From: Candidatus Bathyarchaeia archaeon
Lineage (GTDB): Archaea > Thermoproteota > CALKCG01 > B24
NCBI GenBank assembly: GCA_038870975.1
Contig: JAVZJD010000002.1
Location: 96,001 to 160,000, forward strand
DNA length: 64,000 nt
Direction: 5' to 3'
Part shown: positions 59,485 through 64,000 of the stretch, one piece after another
Numbering within the stretch: position 1 is the first letter of the stretch
Layout: the number at the start of each line of letters is the position of its first letter
Translations under genes and position numbers: made by a program
Notes under the pieces: generated by a model
Seen by the model: the letters and a program-made list of their open reading frames with translations, nothing else
Database searches by the model: none
What the model was told of the DNA's origin: nothing

Positions 59485-60720
59485 CTATACGGATTGAGAG
59501 CGTAGCTCTTCTTTTACAAAGCTTTCAACTTGACTGAGTAAGCACTCTTCATCTACCATCTTCTTTCCCATTGAGTAGGCCTCATCTACCGCTTCAAGCA
59601 CTATGTTTTTAACGTCCCTAGGCGTTATACAGTATTCATCTCTAACTTTTATATTTCTCCTAGGGATAGAGGCTTCATATACGAGCCTTCTACGCTTTAT
59701 GATGGACCATATCTTTTCAAACACCTCCTCTTTCAACACCTTGCCATCTTTAAGGCTTGCATCTAAAACTATTTTAGAGGTGTAGAAATCGAACAGCCGT
59801 TTAACAGTCTCCCTCGTCTTAGGAGGTGGAACGTAAAGGATCTTCTTTACTCTATCTAATAGGGCTGGGTCTATAACCGATGGAAAGTTCGTCGCGAATA
59901 TGACAGCAATATTCCTATTCGTTTCGAAGCCTTCACCTAGCTCTATAAGAAGTTGGTTTAACATACCCTGGACGTCTCTACCAGCATCTGTAGTTACATC
60001 AACTCTAGACCTTCCTATGGCATCTACCTCATCTATAAACAATATACTTGGAGCCACATCCCTGGCAAGTCTGAAGATTTCTTTAATGTTCCTGGCAGAT
60101 TCTCCAAGCCACTTCGACACGACTTCATACCCGTCAACTTTTATGAAACTAGTCTTACAGCCGTATAGTGTACATGTGCCAGCTATAGCCTTAGCCATGT
60201 AGGTTTTCCCAGTACCCGGCGGACCATAGAGTAGTACTGATCCACCTTCTTCTAGAAGTCTTTTGTCGAGGAGGAGGTTTTCTCTCCGCTCTCTACTAAG
60301 AGGGTTTAAAATCCACTCTACTACTTTTCTAAGCTCGTTAAGCTCATATTCAAGACCTACTACATCATCGTAGTATACCCGGACTTCCTTCTCAATTTTA
60401 TAGCTCCAGGCGGTTCCATCTCTAAGATTCTCAATAAAACCTATGATCGTTCCCCTATTTGGAGAAAGTATCACATCCATATTGGGTGTAATCTTACCTA
60501 GGTATTCAGGTGGAATAGATACTTCGTATAATTGGCCACTGAATTTGACATAAGCCCTATTATCCCTAACGTCAACTACAGTGCCGACAGGCTTCATACC
60601 TTGCTTAAGCTCTTCAATAGTCTGATAGCACTTCCTCAACTCCATCTGCAAATACTCTATTTGGCGCTCTTTACGCATAAGCTCCCGTTCAAGCTCGTAG
60701 ATTTCACTATACCTATCCAT
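59485..60720 (-). CDS. PAN-like AAA+ ATPase (coiled coil + OB + AAA)
   Basis: N-terminal coiled coil, P.GTVVD OB domain, GPPGTGKT, SKWLGE, FIDEVD, ATN.P..IDPALL.R. Confidence 0.8.
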   Translation of the reverse strand: MDRYSEIYELERELMRKERQIEYLQMELRKCYQTIEELKQGMKPVGTVVDVRDNRAYVKFSGQLYEVSIPPEYLGKITPNMDVILSPNRGTIIGFIENLRDGTAWSYKIEKEVRVYYDDVVGLEYELNELRKVVEWILNPLSRERRENLLLDKRLLEEGGSVLLYGPPGTGKTYMAKAIAGTCTLYGCKTSFIKVDGYEVVSKWLGESARNIKEIFRLARDVAPSILFIDEVDAIGRSRVDVTTDAGRDVQGMLNQLLIELGEGFETNRNIAVIFATNFPSVIDPALLDRVKKILYVPPPKTRETVKRLFDFYTSKIVLDASLKDGKVLKEEVFEKIWSIIKRRRLVYEASIPRRNIKVRDEYCITPRDVKNIVLEAVDEAYSMGKKMVDEECLLSQVESFVKEELRSQSV

Positions 60721-60796
60721 TAGCCTCCTCCCTTAATACTAAATAGTTGGAGCTTATATTTTAAGATATAGTCGGGTAAAAGTCAAGAAATACAAG

Positions 60797-62017
60797 TTAT
60801 GCACCGTACTTCTCAGCTAGATTCACAATATCCAATAGAATAGGCATTAAGTCAAGACCTCTTATCCGGTTTAAACCGCCTCTAGCAGCTTTAAATTCAT
60901 CAAACCCCTCAACATCATCTCTCCTTACTTCTTCACCGCATATCATTATCGGCACTGGATCGGCTGAGTGAGTCTTTATAGAGCATGGTGTTGAATGGTC
61001 TGCAGTGACAACTATCAAAGTATCATCTAAAAATGTCAGCGGTTTTAAAGCTTCATCTATCTGCTGTATCACCTTGATTTTCCGCCTATAATCACCGTCT
61101 TCACCCGCTAAGTCGGCTTGTTTAAAGTGGAGAAAAACGAAATCGAAGCATCTAAGTGCTTTTAGAGAGGCTTCAACCTTAGCCTTATAGTTTGTTTCAT
61201 AAGTGCCCGTTGCTCCAGGAACGTTTAAAACTTCCATCCCGACGAATTTAGCCAAGCCCTTGTAGAGGGTTCCACCAGCTATGCATGATGCTTTAAGCTT
61301 GTACCGCTCTTTAAATCCTTCGACTTTAGTGAGTATGCTTGCTCCTCTTGGAAGTACTACGTTAGCCGGAGGCAATCCCTGTTTAACTCTATCTCTATTA
61401 ACCCAGTGATCCTTAAGAACCCTATAAGACTCTTCAACAATCTTATTGACTAAGTTGGCTGTTTTAAGTGCCTCTGGAGATGGGTCCAGTTGTTCACACT
61501 TTTTAACCCTTAAGCCTGTTTTACCTGGATCTGTATCTGAAACTTTCCAAGAAAGACCCTCCCCTCTCATAACGATTACTCCTCTGTGTTCAACGGCTTC
61601 CTTAAATACCAACTCCACCCCTGGAATTGAAATATCATTTAAAGCTTTTGCCAACTCACCTGTATGTTCACTTATCCTTCCAGCTCTCCTATCAATAACA
61701 ACCATCCTATCGTCTACTGTAGCGAAATTAAACCTGAAAACTACATCTCCTTCTTTCAGCTCCAACCCTAAACCCAAGGCTTCAAAAACCCCTCTACCAG
61801 TATAGTACTTCCCAGGGTCATATCCGAATATTGCTAAATGCGCTGGTGCACTTCCCGGTCTAACGCCGGGGGCTACAGTATCCATAATGCCTTTAACACC
61901 AACAGACGACAACTTCTCAAGATTCGGCTTTTCAGCGGCCGCTAATGGAGTTTTATAGTTTAATTCCTTAATAGGCCTATCACCTAAGCCATCGCATACT
62001 ATCAGCAGTATCCTCAT
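60797..62017 (-). CDS. apgM: 2,3-bisphosphoglycerate-independent phosphoglycerate mutase (archaeal)
   Basis: DGLGDRP, PGS, YTGRG.FEA, DRRAGRI, TADHSTP, HSADPVP. Confidence 0.93.
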   Translation of the reverse strand: MRILLIVCDGLGDRPIKELNYKTPLAAAEKPNLEKLSSVGVKGIMDTVAPGVRPGSAPAHLAIFGYDPGKYYTGRGVFEALGLGLELKEGDVVFRFNFATVDDRMVVIDRRAGRISEHTGELAKALNDISIPGVELVFKEAVEHRGVIVMRGEGLSWKVSDTDPGKTGLRVKKCEQLDPSPEALKTANLVNKIVEESYRVLKDHWVNRDRVKQGLPPANVVLPRGASILTKVEGFKERYKLKASCIAGGTLYKGLAKFVGMEVLNVPGATGTYETNYKAKVEASLKALRCFDFVFLHFKQADLAGEDGDYRRKIKVIQQIDEALKPLTFLDDTLIVVTADHSTPCSIKTHSADPVPIMICGEEVRRDDVEGFDEFKAARGGLNRIRGLDLMPILLDIVNLAEKYGA

Positions 62018-62056
62018 GCTCCCAACACCTCTCCAATAATCGGGAATATGCGTACT

Positions 62057-62458
62057 TCAACTCGGCAGTCTTCGTCCACAGCGTACACAGAATTTTGCAT
62101 CAGGTGGATTTTTAAATTCACAATATGGACATATCTTCTCCAATCCGGTACCTACAGGTGGAGGGGTTGGAACGGTCGGGGGTGTTACTAGAGTTGGAGG
62201 AGGACTTGGTTTCTCATACTGAGACTTTAAAAGTACGACATCACCGATGGCTTGAATATCAGCCCAAGGTATATTCAGTTCTCTACCGGCGCTGTCTACA
62301 GATATGGCTAATTCTACGCCCTCGGGAGTTAGGCTAAAAGAAAGATCTTTAACTGTGCCTATCACATAACCTCTCTTCTCAACTACCTGCTTACCGACGA
62401 CTTCGCTCCGCTTAATGAAGACTTTACCTTCAGATTTCTCACCCAATTTACACACCAC
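62057..62458 (-). CDS. PRC-barrel protein with Pro-rich linker and C-terminal zinc ribbon
   Basis: VGKQV...GYVIGTVKD...IPW..I.AIGDVVL; CPYC...FCVRCG. Confidence 0.8.
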   Translation of the reverse strand: MVCKLGEKSEGKVFIKRSEVVGKQVVEKRGYVIGTVKDLSFSLTPEGVELAISVDSAGRELNIPWADIQAIGDVVLLKSQYEKPSPPPTLVTPPTVPTPPPVGTGLEKICPYCEFKNPPDAKFCVRCGRRLPS

Positions 62459-62588
62459 TTAACCATTCAGGGAACTTAACTAAAAACATTATGTAGTCTA
62501 CTGAGATGAAGCATTGGAAAGTTGATAAATTTTCAAAGTGAAAAAGTTTAAAACCTAGAAAATACTAGTTTTCTACTGGCTGCGTATT

Positions 62589-62888
62589 TTGGGGTTAGCC
62601 TTGAGGGAGTTCAAGTACTGTTCTCCTGACTGCTCATTCTTTAGATGTGGTAAAAAAGCTTTGAAGACTGGTAAAGGGACTATGTGGTGCACCTACACAA
62701 ACGACTACTGTGTAGGATACAAATGCAACTATGCAAGTTGCATCAGAAACAAACTGTTGAATGACGGTATCTGCGGCTTAACCGTAAAACGGAAATCTGA
62801 AGATTTAGAGATACCTGAAGAGCTGGATGTTCAAGTTAAAGTTAGAAGTAAAATAATGAAGAAGTTAGGCGAGAAAGAGATATTCTAA
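62589..62888 (+). CDS. Cys-rich hypothetical protein
   Basis: Eight Cys in C-x3-C / C-x4-C groups; divergent from the PRC gene. Confidence 0.6.
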   Translation: MGLALREFKYCSPDCSFFRCGKKALKTGKGTMWCTYTNDYCVGYKCNYASCIRNKLLNDGICGLTVKRKSEDLEIPEELDVQVKVRSKIMKKLGEKEIF

Positions 62889-62911
62889 ATTCCATCCCCC
62901 TATTTTTAAAT

Positions 62912-63703
62912 TTAAACGAGTATGGAATTGAAGTTGCTAGGCTTACAGATTATTCTCAAGTCTGGTAGGCCATACATGAGTGTTGTTTTACCTGGTAATT
63001 CTATCTCTCGACCCAGTTTTTCAACGTAGGTTTTAAACGGATAGTCTTCACTTTCAACTTCAACTCTCCCCCCTATGAGGAGTTCTTCTCTTTTCCAAGC
63101 GTTAACTCTTATCCTTGCTTTTAGGTCAACTATGCCTTGAACGGGTTTCCTACGGGATACCAGTGTCTGTATGTCTCCATAAGCTGTCTTCGACGGAGTT
63201 ACATCTATCGTAAACTGCTCTAAGTCTCTTTCGAAGAGAAACTCAGCCCCAGGCTTTTCTGAAGGTATTGGCCCGATTATGGCCGTTGAGACGGTTTCAC
63301 CTCTAAGCTTATATTTAAGCCAGAGGTTCACTAAACCTCTTCCACTCATTTCCTCCGGTTTTAAACACCATTCTATTACGGAGAAATCTTCGTTTGAACC
63401 TTCCACACCGTCAACTTTAAAACAGACGCCCCACAGGAAGTTTGGATTCCCTATAAATTTAGGCTTTACGTAGTGCCATGATAATCTAACTCCACCTACG
63501 GATTCATTTACATACTCTGGTTGGCTCGGATAAAAGTCTTTAAAAGAACAGCCTTTAAACCCACCGATTTCAATGGTTATTTTATCCTCTGGTGAGAAGT
63601 TATGCGTTTCTGGTTGAGACGTGTGGATGGCAAGAGAAATAGATGACGGCTTAATCCCTTCTTGTGAAATATAAAATTCAACTGTTTTGAAGACTTTAAA
63701 CAT
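62912..63703 (-). CDS. Hypothetical protein
   Basis: 263-aa ORF with GGTGG RBS-like sequence upstream; no motif recognised. Confidence 0.6.
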   Translation of the reverse strand: MFKVFKTVEFYISQEGIKPSSISLAIHTSQPETHNFSPEDKITIEIGGFKGCSFKDFYPSQPEYVNESVGGVRLSWHYVKPKFIGNPNFLWGVCFKVDGVEGSNEDFSVIEWCLKPEEMSGRGLVNLWLKYKLRGETVSTAIIGPIPSEKPGAEFLFERDLEQFTIDVTPSKTAYGDIQTLVSRRKPVQGIVDLKARIRVNAWKREELLIGGRVEVESEDYPFKTYVEKLGREIELPGKTTLMYGLPDLRIICKPSNFNSILV

Positions 63704-63824
63704 TTTCCACCTAGAATTTTAAGGTTACATCTGTTTATATAGGTTTGCCTATGATAAATTGCAAGTTATCCACGCTCTTCTTCAACTCGAAGAAGTATAA
63801 GAAAATTCTTTAGGAAGTTGGCAT

Positions 63825-64000
63825 ATGGTTAAAATGAGTAGTTTGTCTGAAGAGGCTATCGGGATAGTAGAGGGCGATATCTCAGTAACAAAGTTCAGGT
63901 TTAAAGCTTTAACTGAAGACGTCGGGATAAACGACTATGTTGAACTCCGGCATGAAGGAGAGAGTTACGTAGCATTGATCACCAACGTCCATAGGACTGT
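63825..64000 (+). CDS. 5' part of a HAS-barrel protein (possible second HerA-like ATPase), truncated by the window edge
   Basis: MVKMSSLSEEAIGIVEGDISVTKFRF...INDYVEL..EGESYVALITNV, similar in pattern to the HerA N-terminus. Confidence 0.55.
   Translation, partial: MVKMSSLSEEAIGIVEGDISVTKFRFKALTEDVGINDYVELRHEGESYVALITNVHRT

Noticed and set aside
62556-62575. TAGAAAA/TTTTCTA inverted repeat
   Set aside because: 7-bp AT-rich arms are expected by chance
65-63473. Many short ORFs antisense to or overlapping long genes (e.g. 276-638, 1822-2283, 11565-11978, 33089-33643, 52554-52961)
   Set aside because: Shadow ORFs of clearly recognisable genes; no motifs of their own
1-64000. CRISPR array, rRNA genes
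   Set aside because: No regularly spaced 25-40-bp repeats and no rRNA-like sequence seen by eye

Overview
Archaeal chromosomal segment, probably from a Bathyarchaeia-like TACK lineage. This is inferred from gene content: archaeal cca, apgM, nurA-herA-mre11-rad50, a Cren7-like ORF, many UroD-fold and glycoside hydrolase genes, and two similar integrase tails. Layout: (1) 1-21 kb is a carbohydrate/peptide-utilisation region (GH42, GH38, GH130-like, DUF4091, a 1060-aa (alpha/alpha)6-barrel candidate, two UroD-fold proteins, an SppA fusion). (2) 22.6-30.6 kb holds the nurA-herA-mre11-rad50 operon, facing an unusual PCNA paralogue with an N-terminal AbrB-like domain and a UBZ4-like C2HC zinc finger. 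(3) 31-39 kb has pseudogene fragments, MlrC, a second GH38, Hsp20 and a VapBC module. (4) 39.35-51.6 kb is a decaying ~12.3-kb island at the 3' end of tRNA-Pro(GGG), with a 23/24-nt direct repeat and two integrase C-terminal remnants. It carries a Cren7-like protein, an intact wHTH + DNA methyltransferase + two paralogous unknown proteins cassette (candidate novel restriction-modification-like system), a transporter, TA modules and an IS6-like remnant. (5) 51.7-64 kb holds housekeeping genes (kinase, cca, thpR, rnz, amrS, PAN-like ATPase, apgM) and a 740-bp intergenic region with a long dyad and short direct repeats. No CRISPR array or rRNA was seen. All family calls come from motif recognition by eye; no database searches were run.
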